The notes under the pieces: generated by a model
What the model saw: the letters and a program-made list of their open reading frames with translations, nothing else
What the model was told of the DNA's origin: nothing
Databases searched by the model: none
From: Longimicrobiales bacterium
Lineage (GTDB): Bacteria > Gemmatimonadota > Gemmatimonadetes > Longimicrobiales > Gaopeijiaceae
Assembly: GCA_965248195.1 (NCBI GenBank)
Contig: CBDFIQ010000002.1
Location: 1,216,001 to 1,280,000 of the forward strand
Reading direction: 5' to 3'
Length of the DNA stretch: 64,000 nt
In this document: positions 19,818 through 29,950 of the stretch, piece after piece
Layout of the letters: each line of letters opens with the position of its first letter
How positions within the stretch are numbered: position 1 is the first letter of the stretch
Program-made: the position numbers and the translations under genes

Positions 19818-21542
19818 TTGTCGACCTTAGAACACGACGTGACCGTCCCAGGTGAGTTGGCCGAGCGGGTTCGCCGGCAGGAGACTGAGCTCGAGCGGCT
19901 CAGAGAGCAGCTCCGACTTTGGGAGGAGGAGTTCGGCGCGACCCCGGCCAGGGAAGCCCTTTTCAGCACAACTTCGGGGATCGAAGTCGCGCCGCTCTAC
20001 ACGCCGCTCGATCGCATGTCCGGGGAGGTGTACACCGATGCGTTAGGCGTTCCGGGACAGTATCCCTTCACCCGGGGTCCGTACGCCACCATGTACCGGA
20101 CTCGCCTCTGGACGATGCGGCAGTTCGCCGGATTCGCCACCGCAGAGGAAACCAACCTGCGGTACAAATACCTGCTCGAGCACGGCACGACAGGGCTCTC
20201 GGTGGCCTTCGATTTTCCGACGCTCATGGGGTACGACAGCGATCATCCGCGTTCCCTGGGTGAGGTGGGCGTGTGCGGGGTTGCGATTTCGTCGCTGGCC
20301 GACATGGAGACGCTCTTCGAAGGGATCCCTCTCGATCAGGTGTCGGTCTCCATGACCATCAACGGCCCGGCCATCATTCTCTTCTGCTTCTACCTGGTTG
20401 CGGCCGAGCGGCAGGGCATCCGGCCGGAGCAACTCCGGGGCACCGTGCAAAACGACATCCTCAAGGAGTATCAGGCTCAACACGCTTGGGTGTTTCCGCC
20501 CGAACCCGCGTTGCGGTGCATCGTCGACATGTTCGAGTGGTGTACGGAGCACGCACCGAGTTACAACCCGATCTCGATCTCGGGATACCATATCCGAGAG
20601 GCGGGGGCGACCGCGGTCCAGGAGCTCGCCTTCACCCTGCGGAATGGCTTTGAGTATGTCGAAAGGGGCATCGCTCGTGGGCTGGATGTCGATACCTTCG
20701 CGCCGCGTCTTTCCTTCTTTTTCGACGTCCACAACGATTTCTTCGAAGAAATCGCCAAGTTTCGTGCGGCACGGCGCATTTGGGCCCGTTTCATGCGCGA
20801 GAAGTACGGCGCCACCAACCCCGAGGCGTGGCGCCTGCGCACACATGCTCAGACGGCTGGGGTGAGCCTCACGGCCCAACAACCCGAGAACAACATCGTC
20901 CGGGTAGCCTACCAGGCCATGGCCGCCGTGCTGGGAGGAACGCAATCGCTCCATACGAACTCGATGGACGAGACTCTGGCATTGCCGACCGAGAATAACG
21001 TCCGACTCGCGTTGAGAACGCAGCAGATCCTGGCCTACGAGAGTGGCGTGCCCAACACGATCGATCCCTTGGCGGGATCGTACTATGTGGAATCGCTCAC
21101 GGACCGGCTCGAGACCGAGGCCCTGGAGCTCTTTGGCCGAATCGCTGAATTGGGTGGCGTGGTGCCGGGGATCGAGACGGGGTTCTTTCAGAGGGAGATC
21201 GCCGAATCGGCCCGCCGGCAGCAGGCTGAAGTGGAGTCGTCACAGCGCGTCGTGGTCGGGGTCAACGACTTCTTGGAGGGGTCCGAAGGAGTCGAAATCG
21301 ACACGCTCAGAATCGACGCTTCGGTGGAGGAGCGTCAGTGCCAGAGGCTGGCCGACCTGAGGGTGGCGCGCAACGACACCGATGTTGCTCATGCGCTCGA
21401 GGGGTTGGAGAGGTCGTGCGAGGAAGGAACCAACGTAGTCCCCGGCATTTTGGGCTGTACTCGGGCCGGCTGTACGCTTTACGAGATCCGGCACGCGATG
21501 GAAAAGACGTTCGGGACCTACGAGGAGCCCGTGTTTTTCTAG
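19818..21542 (+). CDS. B12-dependent acyl-CoA mutase large subunit (isobutyryl-CoA mutase-like)
   Basis: PGQYPFTRG, WTMRQFAGF, QNDILKEYQAQ, SISGYHIREAG, GGTQSLHTN; no B12-binding domain. Confidence 0.92.
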   Translation: MSTLEHDVTVPGELAERVRRQETELERLREQLRLWEEEFGATPAREALFSTTSGIEVAPLYTPLDRMSGEVYTDALGVPGQYPFTRGPYATMYRTRLWTMRQFAGFATAEETNLRYKYLLEHGTTGLSVAFDFPTLMGYDSDHPRSLGEVGVCGVAISSLADMETLFEGIPLDQVSVSMTINGPAIILFCFYLVAAERQGIRPEQLRGTVQNDILKEYQAQHAWVFPPEPALRCIVDMFEWCTEHAPSYNPISISGYHIREAGATAVQELAFTLRNGFEYVERGIARGLDVDTFAPRLSFFFDVHNDFFEEIAKFRAARRIWARFMREKYGATNPEAWRLRTHAQTAGVSLTAQQPENNIVRVAYQAMAAVLGGTQSLHTNSMDETLALPTENNVRLALRTQQILAYESGVPNTIDPLAGSYYVESLTDRLETEALELFGRIAELGGVVPGIETGFFQREIAESARRQQAEVESSQRVVVGVNDFLEGSEGVEIDTLRIDASVEERQCQRLADLRVARNDTDVAHALEGLERSCEEGTNVVPGILGCTRAGCTLYEIRHAMEKTFGTYEEPVFF

Positions 21543-21573
21543 AGTAGTGCTGGGCTAAGCTCTCTTCGGCGGG

Positions 21574-21996
21574 CTAGATCTTTTCGATGACGTAGCTGAT
21601 CCGCCAGTTGCTCATCGCTTCAGGGTCCTCCGAACCCTCGTCGGCGGGTTCGTAGAGTCCCACCCAGTCGTCGACGGGACCCCGGTGCTCACGCTTGTAG
21701 TGATCGAGCTCGTCGTTTGCACTTATCACGTCGAGCTCCTCACCAAACAACTCGACGATGAGGTGATCCTCCGCGTCGCCCTCGAATAGGGTTTTGTTGA
21801 GCGTGACGTAATTCCACCCCGGCTTGTCGGAGAGCGAGTAGTGTCCCTCTTCAGGGAACCGTGTCTCCTCTGAAAAGCTTTGGGGGCTTTCGCTCGAGAT
21901 CCGCGAGCGAAACTGGAATTCGCCCGTTTCTTTGAAAAACGGCTCGAGGGTGTCGAGAATCTTGATCCACCTGAGCGTGACACGAATCCTCGCCAT
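21574..21996 (-). CDS. Hypothetical acidic protein
   Basis: 140-aa ORF with RBS ggaggag and coding-like composition; no recognised family. Confidence 0.65.
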   Translation of the reverse strand: MARIRVTLRWIKILDTLEPFFKETGEFQFRSRISSESPQSFSEETRFPEEGHYSLSDKPGWNYVTLNKTLFEGDAEDHLIVELFGEELDVISANDELDHYKREHRGPVDDWVGLYEPADEGSEDPEAMSNWRISYVIEKI

Positions 21997-22117
21997 CGAT
22001 TGGCTCCTCCAGCCTGGAGAGTTCGAGTTCTTTGACTGCGGGCAACGTTCTCGGGGCCCGCAGTGGCCGATGTTATGGCCGTAGGGGCGGTTTGTCCAGA
22101 CGGGCGGGCTTCGCCCG

Positions 22118-23671
22118 TCAGCCGCCGGAGCTGCGTTGGGAAGTCCTACAGGCAGGCCACTGTTGGCCCGCAGAAAGGGTCCGTCGGACGTTCGAGACCC
22201 GCATCGGGTCCTCCGAGGCCAAATACGCGAGCATCGCGACCAGGGTGGCGTTATTCCTCAGGTCGTCGAAGACGATTTTGTCGTAGGTGTCAATGTCCGT
22301 ATGCCACGTGTATTGTCGGTAGTCCGGATAATGCGATAGAAGCCGGAAGCCCCTGGCACCTCGGCAAATGAGCGACATTTCGTCGCTGCTACCGGTACTA
22401 GGCACCACCCGAAAGTCGAGTTCGATGTTCCGCGTGATATCTCGTGGGATCTCACCTACCCATCGGCCGAAGTTCTCGCCCGCCTCGGGGAATTCCTGCA
22501 TTCGGAAAAAGTCGATTCGCCAGGTGCCGTTGTCCTGATTGAACGCCGCCTGGAGTCCGTCGACCACTTCAGGATGATCCTCCGCGAACGCCAGGGAGCC
22601 GTTGGTCCCTTGTTCTTCGCCTCCCCAATGCGCCACCAGAATGGTTCGCCGTGGCCGTGGGTAGACCTCCTTCAGGATGCGCATGGCCTCCATCATCATG
22701 ATCGAGCCTGTTCCGTTGTCCGTTGCGCCGGAGGCACCATCCCAAGAGTCGAAGTGCGCGTTCAGAAGAACGTACTCATCAGGCAACTCGGTACCACGGA
22801 TTTCGCCGATCACGTTGAAGACGGGAACCTCGCCCAAGAACTCTGCCTCCGCGTCGACTCGGAGCACCGGTCCCTGCCCGTTCGACGCCAACCGGTGCAC
22901 CAGCCCGTAGTCCTCACAGCTCAAGTGGAGGGAGGGGATTCGTTGCGTGAAGGAAGAAAAAATCTTGTTGGCTCCCCATCCATTCGACCATCGTGCGGTG
23001 ACGACCCCTGCGGCTCCCGCGCCCTCGATCCCCCTTACAATCCGCCCGAGGCCTCCGGCACTCCGGACGCTGGAGGTCCACTGCTCTTGAACGCGTTGTC
23101 GGAGTGACTGTATGCGACTCTGGGATTCCGGGGTGGCCAGGGCTGCCCAGCTCTCGGGGGCACGGCAGGTCGGCTCGGCGTACGAGAGCGCAACGAACTT
23201 TTCGGCGACGTTGGGCAGCCAAGCCTCGAAATCGGCCTGATTGCCGAACGCCGGCATCGCGATCACCTCGCCATCGACCGGTCCGTCGGTTCCCGGGCTC
23301 CAGGCCAGCATCGTCCCGTTGAGTGTGCGCTTCCGTGGGGCCACGAGATCGATATGTGTGTACCCGCGGTCCCAGCCCCGCCACGTACCGTACTGGTCTG
23401 CTCGGACCGGGACGTCCCAGTTCTGGTACATGGACATGGCCCATTCGATCGAGCTGCGCTGGCCGGGGCTTCCCGAGAGCCGCGGGCCGATGGAGTCGAG
23501 CAACACTTGAGCGAGCCGCTCGACCTGCGAGCCCTCCTCCATTCCCTGCGCCCAGATCGCCCGAATGATCGGGTCTTCAGAGGGGAAGTCCTGAGCCGTC
23601 AGGTGGGCGACAGCGAGGCAGGGCACGAGCGCGGCGGCGAACGAAAAGACGAGAAAGCGAGACGAAGTCAT
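22118..23671 (-). CDS. Secreted M28 family peptidase (carboxypeptidase Q-like)
   Basis: Signal peptide; DSIGPRLSGSP, AHFDSWD, GATDNGTG, WGGEEQG, NQDNG, WHTDIDTYDK. Confidence 0.9.
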   Translation of the reverse strand: MTSSRFLVFSFAAALVPCLAVAHLTAQDFPSEDPIIRAIWAQGMEEGSQVERLAQVLLDSIGPRLSGSPGQRSSIEWAMSMYQNWDVPVRADQYGTWRGWDRGYTHIDLVAPRKRTLNGTMLAWSPGTDGPVDGEVIAMPAFGNQADFEAWLPNVAEKFVALSYAEPTCRAPESWAALATPESQSRIQSLRQRVQEQWTSSVRSAGGLGRIVRGIEGAGAAGVVTARWSNGWGANKIFSSFTQRIPSLHLSCEDYGLVHRLASNGQGPVLRVDAEAEFLGEVPVFNVIGEIRGTELPDEYVLLNAHFDSWDGASGATDNGTGSIMMMEAMRILKEVYPRPRRTILVAHWGGEEQGTNGSLAFAEDHPEVVDGLQAAFNQDNGTWRIDFFRMQEFPEAGENFGRWVGEIPRDITRNIELDFRVVPSTGSSDEMSLICRGARGFRLLSHYPDYRQYTWHTDIDTYDKIVFDDLRNNATLVAMLAYLASEDPMRVSNVRRTLSAGQQWPACRTSQRSSGG

Positions 23672-23913
23672 CCGGTTCTCCTCACGAGCAGTCAACGGTC
23701 AGGCCTGGATTGGGTCGGGCACCCGACTCCCAAGATCGCGTGGTGTGATCGACATGAGCAAGGGAGCCTTACGCGAGTAGGGGGAAGAGCCGCCGCAGCG
23801 TCTGGCTACCCACGCTCCGGCGAGGTCGGTAGCTTTCTGCACGTTTTACGTGCGTTACTCCCTCTACCTGATCACGGTGCTGGAAGCGAGGCTTCGATCG
23901 AGAGGAGATGTGA

Positions 23914-24333
23914 ATGTCGTCGGAGGAACGGAAGATCCGCGTCCTCGTGGCCAAACCCGGTCTGGATGGCCATGATCGCGGCGCCAAGGTCATTGCGGCG
24001 TCTTTCCGGGACGCCGGTTTCGAGGTGATCTATACAGGTCTCCATCAAACGCCCGAAATGATCGTCAACGCGGCGGTTGAGGAGGATGTGGATGTGGTAG
24101 CGTTGTCGGTTCTTTCTGGGGCCCACATGACGCTTTTTCCCAGAGTCCTCGAGTTACTGAACGCAGACGGCGCGGAAAATGTGTTGCTCACGGGGGGCGG
24201 AATCATTCCAGAGGAGGACATGGAAGCGCTCAGGGAGGCAGGGGTGGGACGCCTGTTTGGCCCCGGGACTCCCACCTCGGAGGCTGTTGCATACATCCGT
24301 GAGTGGTCCTCCACGTGCGAGGAGAGGGTTTGA
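23914..24333 (+). CDS. Cobalamin-binding small subunit of acyl-CoA mutase
   Basis: [13 protein letters not shown] (DxHxxG), SVLSGAH, GGIIP, FGPGT. Confidence 0.95.
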   Translation: MSSEERKIRVLVAKPGLDGHDRGAKVIAASFRDAGFEVIYTGLHQTPEMIVNAAVEEDVDVVALSVLSGAHMTLFPRVLELLNADGAENVLLTGGGIIPEEDMEALREAGVGRLFGPGTPTSEAVAYIREWSSTCEERV

Positions 24334-24334
24334 G

Positions 24335-24535
24335 GTGAGGCGTGCCGCCTTGCTTACGTGGAGGATTCGAGCCTTCTTTTTCGGTGCCGCACTGGGACTC
24401 GCGGGCATTTTCCTAGACATTCCTTGGCTCGTGACGACTGCCCTGGTCGTGTTACTGCTGGGCGTGGCGCTTCGAATGGCGCCGGCCCGCGATCCAGGCT
24501 CGGAAGAACAGGAGCCCAGGATTCCCGAGCCTTAG
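24335..24535 (+). CDS. Small membrane protein
   Basis: Two hydrophobic stretches; GTG start immediately after the previous stop. Confidence 0.5.
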   Translation: MRRAALLTWRIRAFFFGAALGLAGIFLDIPWLVTTALVVLLLGVALRMAPARDPGSEEQEPRIPEP

Positions 24536-24614
24536 GGCCTGTTGAAGAACTGGGGCGAGTTCGCCCGGCCCGCTCGTCCATGGAATCGCCCGGAGTCCGA
24601 GACCAAGGTTTCGG

Positions 24615-26141
24615 ATGTCCGCGAACCTGGTCGACGCCCGCCGCATTCTGCGTGATCATTTCGGATTCTCGTCCTTTCGGGAGGGCCAGGAACGCCTGGT
24701 GGGTGCCGCACTGGCAGGCAGGGATGCGCTCGGTGTACTTCCGACGGGTGGTGGGAAGAGTCTCTGCTATCAGGTGCCTGCCCTAGCGCTACCTGGGCTG
24801 ACTCTTGTGTTGAGCCCGCTCATCTCCCTCATGGAGGACCAGACCCAGCGCTCGCGCCGTGCCTCGATCCCGGCAGCGTTCATCACCAGTGCGCTGTCGG
24901 CCCGCGAACGGCGTACGGTGTTGGACAACGTGAACAGCGGTAGGATCAAGCTGCTTTTCGTGGCGCCGGAGCGTCTGGAGACGCCAGGCTTCATGGACTC
25001 ACTCGGGGCGGCAGGTGTCTCGTTGATTGCCGTGGACGAGGCGCATTGCATCAGCGAGTGGGGGCACGACTTCAGGCCCTCCTATCGTCGTCTGGGCGTG
25101 TTGCGCCGCAGGCTCGCGGCGCCGGTGATGGCTCTCACGGCGACCGCCACACCGAGAGTGCGCGAGGACATTCTGAGTGTGCTTTCACTGGATCGGCCGC
25201 TTCGGGTCGTGGGGTCGTTCGATCGTCCGAACCTGAGTTGGTACGTCGAACGGGCGGATCGGCATCCGGCGAAGATGAGCGCCATCCGCCGCCTCGTTCT
25301 TTCGGAGGCAGGCGCGGTAGTGATCTACGCGGGTACGCGCCGTGTCGTCGAGACCATTCGCTCCGCTCTCGCACGGCTCGGGATATCGACCGCCGCCTAT
25401 CACGCGGGGTTGGAACCGGAGGTGCGAAGCGGCGTCCAGGAGGAATTCCTGACCGGAAAGACCCGCACGGTCGTGGCCACAAACGCGTTCGGAATGGGTG
25501 TGGACAAGAGCGACGTGCGACTCGTCGTTCATTACCAGATGCCCGGCACCCTGGAGTCCTACTACCAGGAGGCGGGCCGCGCCGGACGAGACGGAGGTGC
25601 CGCTCGTTGCGTCGCGCTCTGGGGTGAGGACGATCAGCGTCTACACACGACCTTCCTCGACCGGTCTCGTCCGCCCGTGCGCTTGCTGAAACGAGCCGCC
25701 CGGACTCTCCGGCGTACCATCGGAGCCGGCGAGCGGGGTGTGGTGGAGGCCAGCCATCTCCTTCACGCCGTGGGTTGCCCGGCGGAGGAGTTGGGGACGC
25801 TACTCGCGGCCCTGGAACGCGTCGGTGTGGTTCGCGTCTACAACCGGTTGGGGCGGACGGGCTCTGATCCGGGCCCCATGGGTAAGCTTATCTGCGAAAC
25901 TTCGAGCGAACTCGATGAGCAGACGGTCCTCGATCTCGGCGTTCGCGCCTCGCGCCCGGATTGGTTGCGGGCGCAGCGACTCCGTCAGGGGGGCATCGAA
26001 GGCCTCCGGGCCGTTCGAGCTTACGCCACCACGCCGAGGTGCAGGAGGCGGACGCTTCTCGGCTACTTCGGGGACGAGGCCCCCATCTGCGGCGGTTGCG
26101 ACGTATGTGGGGAGAGTGGCGAGGGTTCGGGGTATCTCTAG
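24615..26141 (+). CDS. recQ: RecQ family ATP-dependent DNA helicase
   Basis: PTGGGKSLCYQ, VDEAHCISEWGHDFRPSY, YYQEAGRAGRDG, Zn motif CRR..YFG..CGGCDVC; no HRDC domain. Confidence 0.92.
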   Translation: MSANLVDARRILRDHFGFSSFREGQERLVGAALAGRDALGVLPTGGGKSLCYQVPALALPGLTLVLSPLISLMEDQTQRSRRASIPAAFITSALSARERRTVLDNVNSGRIKLLFVAPERLETPGFMDSLGAAGVSLIAVDEAHCISEWGHDFRPSYRRLGVLRRRLAAPVMALTATATPRVREDILSVLSLDRPLRVVGSFDRPNLSWYVERADRHPAKMSAIRRLVLSEAGAVVIYAGTRRVVETIRSALARLGISTAAYHAGLEPEVRSGVQEEFLTGKTRTVVATNAFGMGVDKSDVRLVVHYQMPGTLESYYQEAGRAGRDGGAARCVALWGEDDQRLHTTFLDRSRPPVRLLKRAARTLRRTIGAGERGVVEASHLLHAVGCPAEELGTLLAALERVGVVRVYNRLGRTGSDPGPMGKLICETSSELDEQTVLDLGVRASRPDWLRAQRLRQGGIEGLRAVRAYATTPRCRRRTLLGYFGDEAPICGGCDVCGESGEGSGYL

Positions 26142-26169
26142 CTTCATCATCCGTAGGCCGAGGGTTAGC

Positions 26170-26441
26170 TTTTAGGACGCGCCGGAATGCGCTTTCGCCA
26201 CGGTGTTACGAATTATGAGCGATCACGAGTAGCCTAGAGAAGAATATGGGACGTTCAGGGCATTCTGTTTCAACTAGCGGATATCGCGACTGACATTCAA
26301 GCAGGGAAGACACCTCACGTATCACGCAGCATAAGAGACACCAAAGTCTGCGAGATCGGTGAGGGTACCCACGAAATCCGGCGTCTGATTGTTTGGCGGC
26401 GACTCATCCAAGATGATGTCCGCCTCGACGGCGCGGAGTAA
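26170..26441 (+). pseudogene. Decayed acyl-CoA dehydrogenase C-terminal remnant
   Basis: Frame reads YERSRVA*RRIWDVQGILFQLADIATDIQAG...RDTKVCEIGEGTHEIRRLIVWRRL, matching ACAD motifs; in-frame stop at 26235 and an internal deletion. Confidence 0.75.
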
Positions 26442-26592
26442 CAGGGAAGTCCACTCGGGCCGCTGGCCTGCCATTACGGGCTCCGTCTGAAGCCGACATC
26501 GCCCCCCCGAAGCTTGAAGGGGGGCGGCGCCGGGACAGGTTGAGCGCACCGGCGGGATTGGTCATGAGGGACCGACCGGGAGAAAAAACATA

Positions 26593-28122
26593 GTGAGGAG
26601 AGAAATCCTCGTGAGCGCAACGGTCCACGAATCGTGGGTCGCGCTCATGGAAGACGGGCAGTTGGTGGAGATGATGCTCGACCGGGCCGACCAAGGCCGG
26701 TTGCTCGGAGATATTTACCTGGGCAAGGTGGAGGCCGTCCTGCCCGGAATTCAGGCCGCCTTCGTCGATATCGGTACCGACAAGGCCGGATTCCTCCATG
26801 TCTCCGACCTCGACATGGGCGACGACGACGACGAAAACGGCGGAGGCGGCGGTGCGCGCCGCAAGCGCGACCGGAAGTACCCGCCGATCCAGGATCACAT
26901 CAGGAAGGGCCAGGAGATCATCGTCCAGGTCACGAAGGAGCCCATCAGTAGCAAGGGGCCTCGCCTGACCGCCGAGATCTCACTTCCTGGGCGATTCCTC
27001 GTCTATATGCCCGGGTCGTCACGGGTGGGTGTGAGCCGCAAGATCGAGGACCGAGAGGAGCGCTCGCGCCTCCGCACACTTGCCAAGGGTGTTCTTCCCA
27101 AGGACGAGGGGGGCATCATCGTGCGGACGGTGAGTGAGGAACTCAATCAGGAAACGTTCAAAAAGGACTTCAAACGCCTCAGTTCCAAGTGGCGGAAGAT
27201 CCTCAAGAAGAGGGAAGGAGCGAAGGCTCCAAGCCCCCTCCACGGCGAGGCGAAGCTCATCAGTGGGGTGATCCGGGACCTCTTCAGCAATCGCTTCGAG
27301 TCGATCACGGTGAACGACAAGGGGATCTACAGTGAGATCCTCCAGTACGTGAAGAGCGTCGCCCCGGAGCTCAAGGATCGTGTCCGGCTCCACACGGGCT
27401 CCGAGTCACTCTTCGACACGCATGGGGTCGAGGAGGAATTTCAGGCGACGCTCCAGAAGAAGGCGATGCTCCCTTCGGGGGGCTATATCGTTATCGAGCC
27501 TACCGAGGCCCTCGTATCGATCGACGTCAACACCGGGCGGTACAAGGGGAAGAAGGATCCCGAAAACACGATTCTGAAGACCAACCTAGAGGCCACCCAG
27601 GAGATCGCACGCCAGCTCCGATTGAGGGATATCGGGGGCATCATCGTCTGTGACTTCATCGATATGGAGTCTCAAAAAAACCGTGACAAGGTCCTGAACG
27701 AGCTCCGGACCCATCTGGGTAGAGACCGAGCCCGAACCAAGGCCTTCGAGGTCTCGAGCCTGGGACTGGTCGAAATGACGCGACAGAGGGTTCGACCTTC
27801 TTTGTTCCAGACGCTCACCGAGGAGTGCGATCACTGCGAGGGGACCGGCCGGGTTTATTCGCCGGCTACGGTCGTTCGCCAGATCGAGCGGAGCATACGG
27901 CGTGTCTCGGTGAAGGGGGAGGAAAAGAAGCTCTTGATTCGGATGCATCCCGAGGTCGCGCTCCGGATCATTGAGGAGGAGCCCGACTTTATCCGGAAAT
28001 TAGGGCAGGTCACCAGCCTGAAGCTCGACATGAGTGACGATCCGCTGCTCCGGGAGGACGAGTTCAGGATCCTTTCCGGCGCCGCGCAGACCGATGTGAC
28101 TTCCAGATACGTGGCCGCATGA
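26593..28122 (+). CDS. rng: Ribonuclease E/G family
   Basis: GDIYLGKVEAVLPGIQAAFVDIG (S1), IDVNTG, RLRDIGGIIVCDFIDM, CxxCxGTG; short form with no scaffold tail. Confidence 0.92.
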   Translation: MRREILVSATVHESWVALMEDGQLVEMMLDRADQGRLLGDIYLGKVEAVLPGIQAAFVDIGTDKAGFLHVSDLDMGDDDDENGGGGGARRKRDRKYPPIQDHIRKGQEIIVQVTKEPISSKGPRLTAEISLPGRFLVYMPGSSRVGVSRKIEDREERSRLRTLAKGVLPKDEGGIIVRTVSEELNQETFKKDFKRLSSKWRKILKKREGAKAPSPLHGEAKLISGVIRDLFSNRFESITVNDKGIYSEILQYVKSVAPELKDRVRLHTGSESLFDTHGVEEEFQATLQKKAMLPSGGYIVIEPTEALVSIDVNTGRYKGKKDPENTILKTNLEATQEIARQLRLRDIGGIIVCDFIDMESQKNRDKVLNELRTHLGRDRARTKAFEVSSLGLVEMTRQRVRPSLFQTLTEECDHCEGTGRVYSPATVVRQIERSIRRVSVKGEEKKLLIRMHPEVALRIIEEEPDFIRKLGQVTSLKLDMSDDPLLREDEFRILSGAAQTDVTSRYVAA

Positions 28123-28221
28123 GAGTAAGGCTTGATGTAGGGCTTGACCCCCCGCGGGCATTCCGTGAATTTTTCTGGCTATACCGGGGCAGTTCGTGAT
28201 TCGTAGGGTCAACGAGGCGTT

Positions 28222-28533
28222 ATGTACGCGGTTTTTCGCACAGGCGGCAAGCAGTTTCGGGTGGAGCCGGGCACCAAGCTCCGGGTCCCGACGCTGGAAG
28301 CGGAAGAAGGCACGACGGTCTCTTTCGAGCAGGTGCTGATTACTTCCGACGGAGACGCCGTCTCGGTGGGCCAACCCACGGTTGCCGGCGCCTCTGTCAA
28401 AGCCGAGGTGTTGCGTCATGGCAAGGACCGCAAGATCATCGTCTTCAAACGGAAGAAGCGTAAGGGTTACCGAAGGAAACAGGGACATCGTCAGAAATTC
28501 ACCGAAATCCGGATCGCTGAAATCAAGCTCTAG
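28222..28533 (+). CDS. rplU: 50S ribosomal protein L21
   Basis: [25 protein letters not shown]. Confidence 0.98.
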   Translation: MYAVFRTGGKQFRVEPGTKLRVPTLEAEEGTTVSFEQVLITSDGDAVSVGQPTVAGASVKAEVLRHGKDRKIIVFKRKKRKGYRRKQGHRQKFTEIRIAEIKL

Positions 28534-28571
28534 CACCCGGTTTTCCGTACGACGCTCCCGAGGAGCACCTG

Positions 28572-28826
28572 ATGGCACATAAGAAGGGCGTGGGATCGAG
28601 CCGAAACGGCCGAGACAGTAATCCCAGCCGGCTCGGCGTAAAGCGGTACGGCGGCGAGCGGGTGGGTGCCGGCTGCATCCTCATTCGCCAACGGGGCACC
28701 CCATTCCATGCCGGACGCAACGTGGGGCGCGGGGGCGACGACACGCTGTTCGCCACCACCGACGGTGTGGTGAAGTTCGAGAGGTATCGGCGCCGCAAGG
28801 CCGTGTCGGTCTACCCGGACGCCTAG
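28572..28826 (+). CDS. rpmA: 50S ribosomal protein L27
   Basis: [21 protein letters not shown]. Confidence 0.98.
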   Translation: MAHKKGVGSSRNGRDSNPSRLGVKRYGGERVGAGCILIRQRGTPFHAGRNVGRGGDDTLFATTDGVVKFERYRRRKAVSVYPDA

Positions 28827-28847
28827 CGCCGAGCGAATGTGCATCGA

Positions 28848-28894
28848 GGCCCGTTTCGCAGCGACACGCTGCGAGACGGGCCCCTCCTGTTTTC
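28848..28894 (+). terminator. Probable intrinsic terminator after rpmA
   Basis: 16-bp stem ggcccgtttcgcagcg-aca-cgctgcgagacgggcc followed by a short T-rich tract. Confidence 0.6.
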
Positions 28895-28978
28895 GGTCGT
28901 TCCTTTTCGAGGACACCTCACCTGGATCTTTTCCCACTCTGCTAACGTAGGGTGCCGAGCCGACGGAGAGGCATAGAT

Positions 28979-29950
28979 ATGTTTGCGATGAAAAAAAAGA
29001 TGCTATTGATCTGCGCCCTGGGTGCCGTGTTGATGGATTGGGCCCATGTGCCTCACTTCGGCGAGGAGGTCGAGGCTAAATGGTCTCCGGCCGAGGTCGT
29101 TCCGACGGCGCTGGCCGACATGGAGCGTGACTTGGCCGAAGCTCAGCTTCCGATCGAGGTGAACGAGCGCGTCGAGCAGTGGATGGTACGGTTCTCCACC
29201 TTGAACAGGCCCGAGTTCGAACGGACGCTTTCCCGGGCCGGACTCTACTCAGACATGATCCGGGGTAAGCTCCGCGCTCGCGGAATGCCCGAGGAGTTGG
29301 TTTACCTCGCCATGATCGAGTCCGGGTTTCTCACCCACGCTCGATCGCCTGTCTCGGCGACCGGCATGTGGCAGTTCATGGATCCCACAGCGAGAGCATA
29401 CGGGCTACGCATCGACGCCTATGTGGATGAACGGCGGGATCCGGTGAAGGCCACGGACGCCGCTCTCGATTATCTCAGTGATCTCCACCAGCGGTACGGC
29501 TCATGGTATCTGGCTGCCGCCGCCTATAACGCCGGTCCAACACGGGTGTCACTTGCCGTCGCACGCCATTCGGACGGGCGGGCCGGGGATGAGAGCCTCT
29601 ATTGGGAGATCGTCGATCATCTTCCCAAAGAGACCGCCCAGTATGTGCCGAAACTGCTCGCGGCCACCTACCTGGCGCGTTATGCCGTGCGTTTCGACTT
29701 GGATGTAACCCTGGCGGATCCGTACGTGTACGACCTGTTGTGGGCCCCTGGTGCGACATCGTTGGCAGACGTCGGGAAGACGATGGGGCTGTCGGACGAT
29801 CGAATGCGGGAGCTCAATCCGCAGCTCATCCGCGGCCTCACACCGCCCGATTCTGTCTATCCGCTACGGGTTCCCGTCGGGCAGGCCTACCAGGCGATGG
29901 CCGCCCTGGCCGCCCCCGACGAAGGCCGGGGTCGTCGGGCGGACGACTAG
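28979..29950 (+). CDS. Lytic transglycosylase (MltD-like SLT domain)
   Basis: YLAMIESGF, ATGMWQFM, DERRDP, AAAYNAG, LPKETAQYVPK. Confidence 0.9.
   Translation: MFAMKKKMLLICALGAVLMDWAHVPHFGEEVEAKWSPAEVVPTALADMERDLAEAQLPIEVNERVEQWMVRFSTLNRPEFERTLSRAGLYSDMIRGKLRARGMPEELVYLAMIESGFLTHARSPVSATGMWQFMDPTARAYGLRIDAYVDERRDPVKATDAALDYLSDLHQRYGSWYLAAAAYNAGPTRVSLAVARHSDGRAGDESLYWEIVDHLPKETAQYVPKLLAATYLARYAVRFDLDVTLADPYVYDLLWAPGATSLADVGKTMGLSDDRMRELNPQLIRGLTPPDSVYPLRVPVGQAYQAMAALAAPDEGRGRRADD

Noticed and set aside
24540..24614. SOS-like motif upstream of recQ
   Set aside because: No TTCG-N7-TTCG match found
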